A stretch of 64,000 nt of DNA from positions 2,668 through 66,667 of the forward strand of contig DATKSU010000017.1 in assembly GCA_035531495.1 (NCBI GenBank), read 5' to 3'. A model generated the notes under the pieces. The model ran no database searches, had not been told where the DNA came from, and worked only from the letters and a program-made list of their open reading frames with translations. Both the position numbers and the translations under genes were made by a program. Shown here one piece after another: positions 10,660 through 23,030 of the stretch. The stretch comes from Minisyncoccota bacterium (GTDB taxonomy: Bacteria > Patescibacteriota > Minisyncoccia > Phycocordibacterales > Phycocordibacteraceae). Position 1 is the stretch's first letter; the number at the start of each line of letters is the position of its first letter.

Positions 10660-11493
10660 TCAATGCGCGTGTGCATAGGCGGTGAAGCGCTTCATGAGGT
10701 CGCGCGTGACGGGGCCCGGCTTTCCGCCGCCAATAATCCGTCCGTCGACGGCGACGACGGGCACGATGTCCTTGAAGGAAGAGGTGATGAAGGCCTCGTC
10801 CGCGCCGAAGAGCGCCGGCAGGAGGACCGCCGCCTCATGCGTAGGGTAGGCCTTTTCCGCGAGCGCGAGCGTGATGGCGCGCGTGACGCCTTTGAGCACG
10901 TCAGCACCCGGCGTGTATACCGCGCCGTCCTTCACGACGAAGACGTTGCTCGTCGCGCACTCGAGCACGCGGCCGTTCTTCGTGAAGAGGATCTCGAGGG
11001 CGCCCGCTTCCTTGCGCTTCGGCTGGAGCATGACGGCCGTGATGTAATGAGTGGTCTTCGACTCGGGCATGAAGCGCTCATATTCGTGCGTGATGAGCGA
11101 GGCGCCATGCTCGTAGAGTTCGGGCGCAAGCGGCGCCGTCGGCTCCGCGGTAGCGAAGAGCGTCTCGCGGCCCGGGACGTGCTCGAGGCCTCCTTTCGCC
11201 GCGCCGCCCGTGAGCACGAGCCGGATGCTCGCGCGCCTGCCCGGCGAATTGCGCGCGATGAGCGTCCGCAACGCGTGACGCACTTCGCCCTGCGAGCGAG
11301 GAAGAGCGAGTCCGAGCGCGTCGGCGGATTTCTCGAAGCGTTCCCAGTGGTCGTCGAAGTGGAACGGCTCGCCCGAGAAGGCGGTGATGCCTTGGTAGAT
11401 GCCGAAGCCGCGCAAGAGGCCGAGGTCCGTGATGCCGATTTTCGCCTCCGCGAGCGGCATGATCGAACCGTTCAGATAGCAGAGGAGCTCCAT
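10660..11493 (-). CDS. aminotransferase class IV (BCAT/D-amino acid aminotransferase family)
   Basis: DLGLLRGFGI, HWERF, K(ttHY), ECATSNVF, LKGVTR, ADEAFITSS, GKPGPVT. Confidence 0.9.
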   Translation of the reverse strand: MELLCYLNGSIMPLAEAKIGITDLGLLRGFGIYQGITAFSGEPFHFDDHWERFEKSADALGLALPRSQGEVRHALRTLIARNSPGRRASIRLVLTGGAAKGGLEHVPGRETLFATAEPTAPLAPELYEHGASLITHEYERFMPESKTTHYITAVMLQPKRKEAGALEILFTKNGRVLECATSNVFVVKDGAVYTPGADVLKGVTRAITLALAEKAYPTHEAAVLLPALFGADEAFITSSFKDIVPVVAVDGRIIGGGKPGPVTRDLMKRFTAYAHAH

Positions 11494-11553
11494 GCGTCGG
11501 AGCATTGTAGCAGACGCTCTCCGCGCAAAAGAAAAGCCCGCGGGGAAGCGGGC

Positions 11554-11883
11554 TTAGAAGAGCATTTCGAACGGCAGCTCGAATTCCCGGCCGGCAAGGG
11601 CCGTGAGGAACGGCCCGGAATATGCGCGTATGCCGTCGTCGCTCGCGACGAGCTGCATGAACAGCTCCATCGAGACCGGGACGACGTACTGGCCTTGCCT
11701 GTACCACGGGATCGAGCGGCCGAAGGGAATCGGGACTGGCAGCGCGTTCACGTATCGGATGATGAACCTTCGCCGCTGGCTATGTCCGAGATGCAGAGAA
11801 CAACCGTCTGGAACCGTCACGATTTGTGCGCCGCGGCGCGCGCCGCGGCGCCAGAGCTGGAGTACGGCAACGTAGCTTTGCAT
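11554..11883 (-). CDS. hypothetical protein (SD-led cassette after tRNA-Leu(TAA))
   Basis: GAGGT 5 nt before ATG at 11883; terminator hairpin at 11527-11555. Confidence 0.55.
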   Translation of the reverse strand: MQSYVAVLQLWRRGARRGAQIVTVPDGCSLHLGHSQRRRFIIRYVNALPVPIPFGRSIPWYRQGQYVVPVSMELFMQLVASDDGIRAYSGPFLTALAGREFELPFEMLF

Positions 11884-11976
11884 GGTGCACCTCATCTTGA
11901 ACGTCCTGGCCGAACCGCTGATCCTGCGGCGAATCTTCAAGCACCGCGCCGCGGAAGTCAAATGCGGCCGGCATCG

Positions 11977-12068
11977 TGGTACCGAGGGTGAGACTCGAAC
12001 TCACATGAAGGTTTTTAGGCCCTCTCCGGGTTTTAAGCCCGGTGCGTCTGCCATTCCGCCACCTCGGC
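11977..12068 (-). tRNA. tRNA-Leu(TAA)
   Basis: Reverse complement GCCGAGGTGGCGGAATGGCAGACGC-CCGGG CT TAA AA CCCGG...GTTCGAGTC...ACCA. Confidence 0.95.
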
Positions 12069-12108
12069 GTCTTTTGAAGATACCATTCCTCTGCTACTCT
12101 CGGAGGAC

Positions 12109-12180
12109 GGCCCGATGGTGAAGTGGTAACACAGCGGTCTGCAAAACCGCGATGCGCGGGTTCGATTCCCGCTCGGGCCT
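12109..12180 (+). tRNA. tRNA-Cys(GCA)
   Basis: GGCCCGATGGTGAAGTGG...GCGGT CT GCA AA ACCGC...GGTTCGATTCC; U discriminator. Confidence 0.95.
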
Positions 12181-12524
12181 CAGGAAAGCGCGTCTAACCG
12201 CCGGCGATTCTTCTCGCCGCGGTCGAGCGCGAAGTCGACGCGCGGCAAAGGCGAGAGGCGCGTATGCGCCTTGAGGTGATCCGAGAATGCTTCGCGCTGC
12301 CGTTCGAGGAAGGAGAGCGCCGCGCGTTCCTTAGCGTCGGGGAAGACCGTGACGAAGACGGTGACTCGCTCGCCGTGCGCGGACGGCTCCGCGCGCGTGA
12401 CGGTGATGAGGGACCCCGCGCCGGCTTCCCGCAAGATGAAGCCGGCGGCTTCGTGCGCGATGAGGGTCGCCGCGCGTTCGGCGTGATGATTGCCGCCTCC
12501 CGGCGCGTGTCCGGCGGCGCTCAT
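12180..12524 (-). CDS. rbfA: ribosome-binding factor A
   Basis: LITVTRAE..VTVFVTVFP...PRVDFALD; directly downstream of infB. Confidence 0.85.
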   Translation of the reverse strand: MSAAGHAPGGGNHHAERAATLIAHEAAGFILREAGAGSLITVTRAEPSAHGERVTVFVTVFPDAKERAALSFLERQREAFSDHLKAHTRLSPLPRVDFALDRGEKNRRRLDALS

Positions 12525-13987
12525 GACGTCACGACGGCAAAGGCGATGAGCACGTCGCTCGGCGCCGCATCCGCGCGCGCCTCGATCTCGGTGCCGAAGG
12601 TTCCTTCCGTGCGGATCTCCTTCACGTCGGCGCGCGCCTGCTGCAGGTTCGCCACCGTGCCGCGCCCAATCTCGTTCTCGCCCCGCATGATTTTCACCTT
12701 ATTTCCGACGGCGAAGGCGCCGCGGTCGAGCCGGGCGCCGATGACCTGCTTCTTTGCGCTCGACGAGAACGTCTTGATGACGGTCGCGCGCCCGAGCTCC
12801 TCTTCGACGGTGACGGACGGGGCGCGCTCGGCGAGGAGCTCGGCGACTTTCTGCGACAGCTCATAGATGATGGAGAACGATTCGATGCGGATGCCGTCAC
12901 GCAGCGCGAGTTCGCGCGCGATCGGGTCCGTCGCGGCGTTGAAGGCGATGATGACGCCGCCGGTCGCTGCCGCGGTCTTCACGTCGCCCTCGGAGACGTT
13001 TCCGACGCCCGTGGCAACGATGCGCAGCGCCGCGCGTTCGTGCGTGACTTTCTCGAGCTCGTGCAGGATGGCGTCGACGGAACCCGCGACGTCCGCCTTG
13101 ATGACGAGCGGCAGTTCGGCGCCGCCGTCCGCCGCCGCGATTGCGGTCGGGCGCGCCGCCGCCGCCGCATATTCGGCCGCGAGCGCTTCCGCCTCCTTCT
13201 TCGCCTTCACGACGGTGAAGATCGTTCCTGCCGCGGGGAGGGAACTGAAGCCGGAGATGCGCGCGGGTTCGGACGGGCCGGCCGCCTCGATGCGCTCGCC
13301 GCGGAAGTCCTCGATGTAGCGTACGGGCGCATATGCGTCGCCGGCGACGACGAAGCGGGATTTTCCGAGCGTACCGTCTTTCACGATGAGCGTGGCGGAT
13401 GCGCCACGCTTCGGGTCCTGCATGGACTCGAGCACGAAGCCCGTCGCCGCCGCATCCGTGTCGGCGGTGAGCTCCGCGAGGTCGGCAGCGAGGAGCACGA
13501 GATCAAGGAGTTCCGGCACGCCCTCGCCCGTCTTCGAGGAGACAAGTGCGTAGGCGATATCGCCGCCGAGCCCTTCGAGATAAATGCCGTGCTCGAGGAG
13601 CGAATTCTTCGCGCGTTCGACGTCCGCGTTGTTCTTGTCAATCTTCGTGATAGCGACGAGGTAGGGAATGCCAGCGTCCGTGATGGCCGCGAGCGCGTCC
13701 TCGGTCTGCGGCATGACGCCTTCGTCGGCCGCGACGACGAGGATGGCGATGTCAGCCGCCGCCGCGCCGCGCGTGCGCAGCGCCTTGAAGGCCTCGTGCC
13801 CGGGCGTGTCGAGGAAGGTCACGCGCCGCCCGTTATGTTCGGCAATGTACGCGGAGACGTGCTGCGTGATGCCACCAGCTTCGTTCGCGACGCTGTTCGT
13901 TTTCCGGATGTAGTCGAGGAGCGTCGACTTGCCATGATCTATGTGGCCCATCACCGCGATGACGGGCGGTCGTGCGACCCGTGCCAT
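12521..13987 (-). CDS. infB: translation initiation factor IF-2 (short, no N-terminal domain)
   Basis: [40 protein letters not shown]. Confidence 0.97.
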   Translation of the reverse strand: MARVARPPVIAVMGHIDHGKSTLLDYIRKTNSVANEAGGITQHVSAYIAEHNGRRVTFLDTPGHEAFKALRTRGAAAADIAILVVAADEGVMPQTEDALAAITDAGIPYLVAITKIDKNNADVERAKNSLLEHGIYLEGLGGDIAYALVSSKTGEGVPELLDLVLLAADLAELTADTDAAATGFVLESMQDPKRGASATLIVKDGTLGKSRFVVAGDAYAPVRYIEDFRGERIEAAGPSEPARISGFSSLPAAGTIFTVVKAKKEAEALAAEYAAAAARPTAIAAADGGAELPLVIKADVAGSVDAILHELEKVTHERAALRIVATGVGNVSEGDVKTAAATGGVIIAFNAATDPIARELALRDGIRIESFSIIYELSQKVAELLAERAPSVTVEEELGRATVIKTFSSSAKKQVIGARLDRGAFAVGNKVKIMRGENEIGRGTVANLQQARADVKEIRTEGTFGTEIEARADAAPSDVLIAFAVVTS

Positions 13988-14044
13988 AATGCCTCATATC
14001 ATCACAAAAAATGCGCGCGCGCAATCAGTGTAGAATCACGTCAT

Positions 14045-15172
14045 ATGCTGCGAAGACGGAGGACGTATCTCGATTGGGCGGCGGGCGCGAGCGCGAACCC
14101 GTCGTCGCCGCACGCGGAAGGGCGGCGGGCGCGGGCGCGGCTCGAGGCCGCGCGCGAGGCGATCGCGCGGCTCGTCGAGGCGAAGCCGGACGACGTCATC
14201 TTCACCGGCGGCGCGACGGAGGCGAACGCGCTCGCAATCGTCGGTCATGCGCAGGCGCGTAAGCGCGCGGGTGCGCGCGCCACCCATATGCTGTACCTGC
14301 CGAGCGCGCACGCGTCGGTCGTGGAGAATATGGCCGCGCTCGCCGCAAGGGGCATCGCGGTCGAGCCGCTCGCCATCCGGGATGCGGCGGTCGACATCGG
14401 GGCGCTCGCGCGCCAGCTGCGCCCCGAGACCGCGCTCGTCTCGATGGACGCGGTCTGCGGCGAAACGGGTGTGGTGTGGAATACCCTCGATGTGCGGCAC
14501 GCGCTCGATGCGGCGCGTCCGGGCGGTCCGCGTATCCTGCTCCATGTCGACGCGAGCCAGGCGCCCTTGACCGAGAAGATGACGCGTGCACATTTCGGCG
14601 CCGACCTCCTCACGCTCGACGCGTCGAAGGTCAGCCTCGTCCGCGGCATCGGGGCGCTCGTCGCGCATCGCACGATCGCGCTTGCACCCTTGTACGCGGG
14701 CGGCGGGCAGGAGCGGGGACTCTGCCCCGGGAGCGAGGCGCCGGAACTCGCGCTGCGCTTCGCCGAGGGTCTCGCCGCCGCCGCGCAGGGTCGCGAGCGC
14801 TTCCGCGCCCGCGCCACGCGCGACCGCGCGGCATTCCTCGCCGCCATCACGGCAGCCGTTCCGGGCGTATCTATCCAGGAGGGGGCGCAGCAGGCGCCGC
14901 ATATCGTGAACCTATCACTACCGGGCCGCGACACCGATTACCTCGTCGCGTTGTTAGACGAGGCCGGCTATGCCGTCTCTACGAAGAGCGCGTGCGAGAC
15001 CGATTCCGAGGAGGGATCGCGCGCCGTCTTCGCCCTCACGGGTGATGCGGTGCGCGCCCGGTCGACCTTGCGCGTCTCCTTCGGCCCGGCGACGAGCTCC
15101 CGCGCCCTCGCTGCCTTCGCCCGCGCCCTCATCCGCGCCGTCGCATTTATTGACACTCATGCCCGCAGGTAG
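14045..15172 (+). CDS. cysteine desulfurase family (aminotransferase class V)
   Basis: YLDWAA, NPSSPH, FTGGATEAN, HVDASQA, GGGQERG, STKSAC, LRVSFG. Confidence 0.85.
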   Translation: MLRRRRTYLDWAAGASANPSSPHAEGRRARARLEAAREAIARLVEAKPDDVIFTGGATEANALAIVGHAQARKRAGARATHMLYLPSAHASVVENMAALAARGIAVEPLAIRDAAVDIGALARQLRPETALVSMDAVCGETGVVWNTLDVRHALDAARPGGPRILLHVDASQAPLTEKMTRAHFGADLLTLDASKVSLVRGIGALVAHRTIALAPLYAGGGQERGLCPGSEAPELALRFAEGLAAAAQGRERFRARATRDRAAFLAAITAAVPGVSIQEGAQQAPHIVNLSLPGRDTDYLVALLDEAGYAVSTKSACETDSEEGSRAVFALTGDAVRARSTLRVSFGPATSSRALAAFARALIRAVAFIDTHARR

Positions 15173-15187
15173 CATTATGTAATCACC

Positions 15188-15964
15188 ATGAATATCGAGG
15201 AACTCTCGAAATCCCAGCTCATCCTGCTCACGATCCTCGTAAATTTCGTTACGTCGGTCGCTACCGGCATCTTGACCGTGTCCCTGCTCGACCAGGCGCC
15301 GCCGGTGGTCACGCAGACCGTGAACCGCGTCGTCGAGCACACGATCGAGACCGTCGCCCAAGCGGCTCCGGCGGCCGTCATCTCGGCCCCGGCCCCGGCC
15401 CCGTCGAACCAGGACCTCGTCACGGCGGCCATCGGCGCCGACGCGTCGCGCGCCGTCGACATTTATGACGCGAAGACCGGCACCTCGACGCCCGCGCTCG
15501 CGGTCGGCACCTACCTGCCGGAAGCGCGTGCCATCGCCACCGCGGCGAAAGATTCGCTTCCGCAGGAAGTCATCATCGGCTTCGCGGGCAATTCCTACGT
15601 GCCCGCGTCGCTCTCGCACAAAGGGCAGGGCATCGCCATCTACGGCTTCTCGGATAAGGCGACTCTGCCGAAGGCGTCCGTGCCAGCCTTGGTCGCCGCG
15701 CAGAACCTCAAACTCGGTCAGACGGCGCTCGCGGTGGGCGCCGACGGCTCCGCCTCGACTGGTATCGTCTCCCGCGTCGGCGCGAGCGGCGTCCGCACGA
15801 CCTTGCCGGAGATCGGTGCCGGCAGCGCGGCGGTGGACCTCTCGGGGAACTTGATTGGCATCGCGGCCGGCGGGACGCCAGGGCTCCTCATCCCGACCGA
15901 TGTCATCACGGCGCTCCTCACGGCGACGTCCTCGGCTGCAACGTCCACGGCACCGGCGACGTAA
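15188..15964 (+). CDS. membrane-anchored trypsin/HtrA-like protein, probably lacking catalytic residues
   Basis: N-terminal TM; LKLGQTALAVG..GIVS...AGSAAVDLSGNLIGI where GNSGG is expected. Confidence 0.6.
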   Translation: MNIEELSKSQLILLTILVNFVTSVATGILTVSLLDQAPPVVTQTVNRVVEHTIETVAQAAPAAVISAPAPAPSNQDLVTAAIGADASRAVDIYDAKTGTSTPALAVGTYLPEARAIATAAKDSLPQEVIIGFAGNSYVPASLSHKGQGIAIYGFSDKATLPKASVPALVAAQNLKLGQTALAVGADGSASTGIVSRVGASGVRTTLPEIGAGSAAVDLSGNLIGIAAGGTPGLLIPTDVITALLTATSSAATSTAPAT

Positions 15965-15984
15965 TAGTCAATAAATAGTACGGT

Positions 15985-18663
<2,679 letters not shown>

Positions 18664-18690
18664 GGAGCGCGCATCTGCTAGGGTTCTCGC

Positions 18691-18846
18691 ATGTCACAAG
18701 ACCGCCTCATCCGTCTCAAGTCGACGAAGTCCGAGCATGTCGTCTGGACGCGCAAGAACAAGAAGAAGGTCGAGCGCAAGATCGAACTCATGAAGTACGA
18801 CCCAACGCTCCGCAAGCGCGTGCCGTTCAAGGAGGCGAAGAAATAA
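18691..18846 (+). CDS. rpmG: 50S ribosomal protein L33 (Cys-less type)
   Basis: My translation: MSQDRLIRLKSTKSEHVVWTRKNKKKVERKIELMKYDPTLRKRVPFKEAKK*; not in the ORF track. Confidence 0.93.
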   Translation: MSQDRLIRLKSTKSEHVVWTRKNKKKVERKIELMKYDPTLRKRVPFKEAKK

Positions 18847-18856
18847 ACATCCGAGA

Positions 18857-18885
18857 TGAGAAACCGCCGAAAGGCGGTTTCTCAT
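18857..18885. terminator. hairpin between rpmG and the convergent tRNA-Trp
   Basis: ATGAGAAACCGCC-gaaa-GGCGGTTTCTCAT. Confidence 0.75.
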
Positions 18886-18893
18886 TCCTGCTG

Positions 18894-18964
18894 CGGGCCC
18901 ACCAGGACTCGAACCTGGGACGGCGGTTTTGGAGACCGCTGTTTTACCACTAAACTATAGGCCC
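18894..18964 (-). tRNA. tRNA-Trp(CCA)
   Basis: Reverse complement GGGCCTATAGTTTAGTGGTAAAACAGCGGT CT CCA AA ACCGC...GGTTCGAGTCC. Confidence 0.95.
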
Positions 18965-19042
18965 ATACGGACAAACGATAGCAGACGCGACGCAGTGGGG
19001 AAAGGCGCCGCAGCCGCACGGCGGCCGCGGTATGATGCCGGT

Positions 19043-20017
19043 ATGCGTTCTCGCATCCTCCTGCCCGCCCTCTTCCTCGTCGCGGCCGGCGCGTTCGTTC
19101 TGCCGAACGTCACGCACGCCGCCATCCCGTTCTTTGGACCCATCATCCCGGCCGGCAACGACACGTGCCCGGCGGGGTGGGGCATGTTCATGATCGTCAT
19201 CAACAACATCGTCGAGCTCCTCATCACGCTCGCCATCGTCTTCGTCGCGCCGCTCACGATCGCGTGGGCCGGGTTCCTCTATGTCGTCAATCCCGTCGAC
19301 CCGAGCGGCATGAGCCGCGCGAAGTCCATCCTCTGGAACACGGTCTTCGGCATCGTCATCGCGCTCGCCGCATGGCTCATCGTGGACGCCATCTTGGCGG
19401 CGCTGACCAACCAGGGGCTGACCTACTGGGCGAGCCTTGTCGGCAGCAACGGCACGCAGCCGTGCCTCTCGGTCGCGAGCTCGCTCCGGCAGGCCGCTCC
19501 GCCGACGACCACGGCCGGACTCGCGGTCGGGACGACGCCGACGGTGACGGGCGTCGGCGCGGGCGGCCAGCAGTACCTCTCGTTCGGCTCGGGCGCGTGC
19601 GTGGCGACGGCCGTGCAGCAGGGCGCGACCTCAGGCGGCTACAGCCTGACCGTCGCGCAATCGAATACGCTCGCCTGCATCGCGCAATTCGAGAGCACGT
19701 GCGGTTCGAACCTCAGGCCGAATCCGGCCTCAAGCGCCGCTGGCGCGTTCCAGGTCCTGCTGCAGCGAAACAGCGCGTGCTACAACAATGCGGCTTGCGA
19801 GCAGGCCGCCGGTCAGCCCGGCGTGCCGCTTAATTGCCAGAATGGATTCAGCGGCGGTCAATCGTTGAACAATGCCACTTCGCAGATGTGCTATGCCGCC
19901 GCAGCAAATCTCGCGTGCGCAGCGTCGGCGGCGGCCTGTCTCGTGCAAGCAAATCCGAACTTCAGCGATTGGGCGACGCCGAGCGACCAATCCTGCGTGC
20001 GCACCTACAACATCTGA
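19043..20017 (+). CDS. pilin-like membrane domain fused to a Cys-rich lysozyme/lytic-transglycosylase-like domain
   Basis: Signal peptide; WAGFLY..SRAKSILWNTVFG pilin motif; LACIAQFES..SSAAGAFQV SLT-like motifs. Confidence 0.7.
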   Translation: MRSRILLPALFLVAAGAFVLPNVTHAAIPFFGPIIPAGNDTCPAGWGMFMIVINNIVELLITLAIVFVAPLTIAWAGFLYVVNPVDPSGMSRAKSILWNTVFGIVIALAAWLIVDAILAALTNQGLTYWASLVGSNGTQPCLSVASSLRQAAPPTTTAGLAVGTTPTVTGVGAGGQQYLSFGSGACVATAVQQGATSGGYSLTVAQSNTLACIAQFESTCGSNLRPNPASSAAGAFQVLLQRNSACYNNAACEQAAGQPGVPLNCQNGFSGGQSLNNATSQMCYAAAANLACAASAAACLVQANPNFSDWATPSDQSCVRTYNI

Positions 20018-20034
20018 CGCGCTATGATGAACCT

Positions 20035-20631
20035 ATGATGCGGATACTGGCCATCGGTTCGCTCGCAGTCATCGTCGTCGCGGCGATCGCTTTCTACGTT
20101 CTCGCCCCGAAGCAACCGCAGCAGCAGGCGCCCGCCGGAAGCGGCGCGCCGGTAACGCTGCCGTCAGCCGGCGAGACGACAGTCACCGTCGGCAACTCGG
20201 GCGCCACATTTGCGCCGGGCGAACCGAACATGTCCCTCACTCTCGCGACGGGGAGCACCACCGTCGTCAAGGATTTCATAACGAGCAGCACGACCGGCAA
20301 AGACGTGCAGAACCCGGGCGTCTACTACCTGGCCGGGAGCGCCGGGTACTGCCTCGCGGACGGCACGTGCCCCCACGGCGCCGCCGTGAGCGATTTCATC
20401 ATCACCTACGACTCCTCGAGCGAATTCTTCACGATATCGCTCACAGAGGAGCCGCTCGCCACGGCGCGCGCGGACGCCGAGCAGTTCCTCGCGACGACGC
20501 TCGGCCTATCGGACATGCAGCTGTGCGATCTCAAGTACACGGTCCTGACGAACGAATCCGTGAACGCGTTCTTCGCCGGCAAGAATCTCGGTTTCAGCTC
20601 CTGTCCGGGCGCGACGGTGCTGCCGCAGTAG
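20035..20631 (+). CDS. membrane-anchored hypothetical protein
   Basis: N-terminal TM, Cys pairs; TATGAT 6 nt before ATG. Confidence 0.75.
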   Translation: MMRILAIGSLAVIVVAAIAFYVLAPKQPQQQAPAGSGAPVTLPSAGETTVTVGNSGATFAPGEPNMSLTLATGSTTVVKDFITSSTTGKDVQNPGVYYLAGSAGYCLADGTCPHGAAVSDFIITYDSSSEFFTISLTEEPLATARADAEQFLATTLGLSDMQLCDLKYTVLTNESVNAFFAGKNLGFSSCPGATVLPQ

Positions 20632-21457
20632 CGTGCTCGCGCACGAGCTTCGCGAGCCACGCTTTTTGCCGGCGCGCGTACTGCCAAAGCTTCGCCGAAA
20701 GGGCAGGCAGGAGCGACTCTTCAGACCGCTCGCCGCGCAGGCATTCGCCCACGACGCGGTACTCGAGGCCGAGCTCGTCGAGTCGTTCATCGCCGACCGC
20801 GTCCCGCACTTGTCGGACTTCCTTGACGAGGCCGCGCGCGAATGCCTCCTTGAGTCGCTCGTCGATGCGGGCGCGAAGTTCCTCGCGCGGCGGGTCGATG
20901 ATGATCCACTCGACGTCGTACGGGTTCGCGCCCCGGCCGCGCGCAGGCACGGCACCTTTTTGTGCGCCGATCTCGAGGGCGCGGATGAGTCGCCGCCGGT
21001 TCTTCGGATCAAGCTCGGCGGCGCGGCGCGGATCGGCGGCGCGGACGCGCGCGTACAGCTCTTCCGTCGATAGTCCCGCAAGCGCCTCGCGCAGGGCTTC
21101 GTCCGCCGGCACCGCGTCCGGCAGCCCGCTGAGGAGCGCGTCGAAATAGAAATGCGTTCCGCCCGCGAGGATGGGGAGCTTGCCGCGCGCGGCAATCTCC
21201 CCGATGAGCCGCTTCGCGTCCGCGACGAAATCGCCGGCCGAGTAGCGCTCGCCGGGTTCGCGGATATCGATGAGGTGGTGCGGGACGCCGCGCGTCTCGC
21301 CGCGCGGCAGCTTCTCCGTGCCGATGTCGAGGCAGCGATAGACCTGACGCGAATCGACCGAGATGACCTCGCCGCCCCGCGCGAGCGCTTCCGCGACGGC
21401 CCGCGCGGACTTGCCGGAGGCCGTCGGCCCCGCGATGCAGAGGATTTGTGCCGCCAT
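20594..21457 (-). CDS. miaA: tRNA dimethylallyltransferase
   Basis: GPTASGKS, ISVDSRQVY, DIGTEK, PHHLID, GGTHFY, YARRQ. Confidence 0.95.
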   Translation of the reverse strand: MAAQILCIAGPTASGKSARAVAEALARGGEVISVDSRQVYRCLDIGTEKLPRGETRGVPHHLIDIREPGERYSAGDFVADAKRLIGEIAARGKLPILAGGTHFYFDALLSGLPDAVPADEALREALAGLSTEELYARVRAADPRRAAELDPKNRRRLIRALEIGAQKGAVPARGRGANPYDVEWIIIDPPREELRARIDERLKEAFARGLVKEVRQVRDAVGDERLDELGLEYRVVGECLRGERSEESLLPALSAKLWQYARRQKAWLAKLVREHATAAAPSRPDRS

Positions 21458-21500
21458 TGCGCGCGATGGTAACATATGCCGCACGTAACCCTATACGCCT

Positions 21501-22160
21501 ATGAAAGAAACCAAGAGCAACTATTGCGAACGGTGCGGCGAGTTCCACGATCCGATACGCGATTACACGTCGCAAGTGAAGGTGGGCGAGGCGGTTCCTG
21601 ACTTCGAGTTCGAGGTATTCCATAAGGGCGCGATCAAGACGATGTCCTTGTCGCGGCTCCGCGGCAAGTGGGTCGTGCTCGTCTTCTATCCGGCTGATTT
21701 CACGTTCGTCTGCCCGACCGAGCTCGAGGAGCTCGCGAAGCTGCATCCGAAATTCAAGGATGCGAACGCCGAGATCATCTCGGTGTCGACCGATACGGCG
21801 TTCACGCATAAGGCGTGGCGCGACGCGTCAGAGGGCATCCGCGCCATCGAGTATCCGATGGCGGCGGACCCGTCCGGCAAGCTCTCCTACGCGTTCGGCG
21901 TCCTTATCGAGGGCGGCGAGGCGGAACTGACGCCGGACGAGGGCCTCCCGCTGCGCGGCACGTTCATCATCGATCCGGCGGGCATCCTGCGCGCGATGGA
22001 GATAAACGACAACTCGATGGGCCGCAAGGGCTCGGAGACCTTGCGCAAGCTCCAGGCGGCGCAGTACGTGGACACGCACAAGGGCCAGGTCTGTCCGGCC
22101 TCCTGGGAACCCGGGGGCGATACGCTCGAACCGGGCCTCGACCTGGTCGGGAAGCTGTAA
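21501..22160 (+). CDS. ahpC: 2-Cys peroxiredoxin (AhpC)
   Basis: FYPADFTFVCPTE and VCPASW; extra N-terminal CERC. Confidence 0.95.
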   Translation: MKETKSNYCERCGEFHDPIRDYTSQVKVGEAVPDFEFEVFHKGAIKTMSLSRLRGKWVVLVFYPADFTFVCPTELEELAKLHPKFKDANAEIISVSTDTAFTHKAWRDASEGIRAIEYPMAADPSGKLSYAFGVLIEGGEAELTPDEGLPLRGTFIIDPAGILRAMEINDNSMGRKGSETLRKLQAAQYVDTHKGQVCPASWEPGGDTLEPGLDLVGKL

Positions 22161-22168
22161 GAGACGGT

Positions 22169-22197
22169 AAAAAAGCGACCCCTACGGGGGTCGCTTT
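22169..22197. terminator. bidirectional terminator
   Basis: AAAGCGACCCC-tacg-GGGGTCGCTTT with a flanking A tract. Confidence 0.8.
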
Positions 22198-22210
22198 GCG
22201 TCATGGCCAG

Positions 22211-22873
22211 CTAGAGATGCTGCGGCGGATACGAAGGCATCGCCATAGCGTGCGTCCTGGCCGTCGCGAGCTTGATGGTCTCGACATTCCATGACGATTC
22301 CCAGACGGTGCGATCGAGCAGTACGTAATCGGCGCGTCGAAGCCTGCTCGCGCGGATGATGGGCTCCGCGCCGCGGCCTTCGCACGGGACGATGGTCGTC
22401 ATCGCGTCGCCACGCCCGCGGGCGTGGAGGACATCGAGATCGCCCGGCGAGCACAGGAGGCCGCGCACTCCATCATCGAGTAGTGTATCGACCGTCGTCA
22501 GGATGTTCTCCGGTTCGCGCGATGCTGGCGCGCAGGCGATGATAGCCGTGCGTGGCGATGCTTTGGCCGCTTCGCGCAGTACATCGTGCCCCGCACGGGC
22601 ATTCATGATAACGGCCGATACGCCTCGCGCGGCGAGTTCCCTCACCTCGACGGCGGCGGCTGCTGGATTGGAGAAATTCGTCGCGCTCCAGAACACCCGT
22701 ACGTAATTGCTCGCGAGGATCCATTCACGCATGACGTGCGGATAGACCGTAGCGTCCGGGAGGATATGCACTGCGTCGATGTGTGGGAAAATCCCTTGCA
22801 GCATGCGCAGGTCTTCTTCATGACGGAGCGACGGGTTCGGTCCCGCCGCGTACGTGACTACGATTGCTGGCAT
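22211..22873 (-). CDS. degenerate OMP-decarboxylase-like TIM-barrel protein (SD-led)
   Basis: IMNARAGHDVLREAA, GVRGLLCSP and ADYVLLDRTV resemble PyrF motifs, but DxKxxD is absent; AAGGAG SD; TTGCCG-N17-TATATC promoter. Confidence 0.6.
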   Translation of the reverse strand: MPAIVVTYAAGPNPSLRHEEDLRMLQGIFPHIDAVHILPDATVYPHVMREWILASNYVRVFWSATNFSNPAAAAVEVRELAARGVSAVIMNARAGHDVLREAAKASPRTAIIACAPASREPENILTTVDTLLDDGVRGLLCSPGDLDVLHARGRGDAMTTIVPCEGRGAEPIIRASRLRRADYVLLDRTVWESSWNVETIKLATARTHAMAMPSYPPQHL

Positions 22874-22954
22874 CACGTTCTCCTTGGGTTGAAGTACAGA
22901 AGGTCTAACGCTGATATACGCCGAAGCCGACGACACGGCAAGGGCTGTTCGCCA

Positions 22955-23013
22955 GGTGCCGGGGGAGGCTCGAACTCTCAAGCCTTTCGGCGGTGGGTTT
23001 TGAATCCGCCGCG
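22955..23013 (-). repeat. partial duplicate of the tRNA-Leu(CAA) 3' part
   Basis: Identical core ctcgaactctcaagcctttcggcggtgggttttgaatcc shared with 23031-23114; diverged acceptor side. Confidence 0.9.
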
Positions 23014-23030
23014 CCCTGCACTGAAAATGT

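Noticed and set aside
12521-13987. Short IF2 (also short RSH, DnaX and UvrC) as pseudogenes
   Set aside because: The frames and catalytic motifs are intact, consistent with ordinary streamlining.
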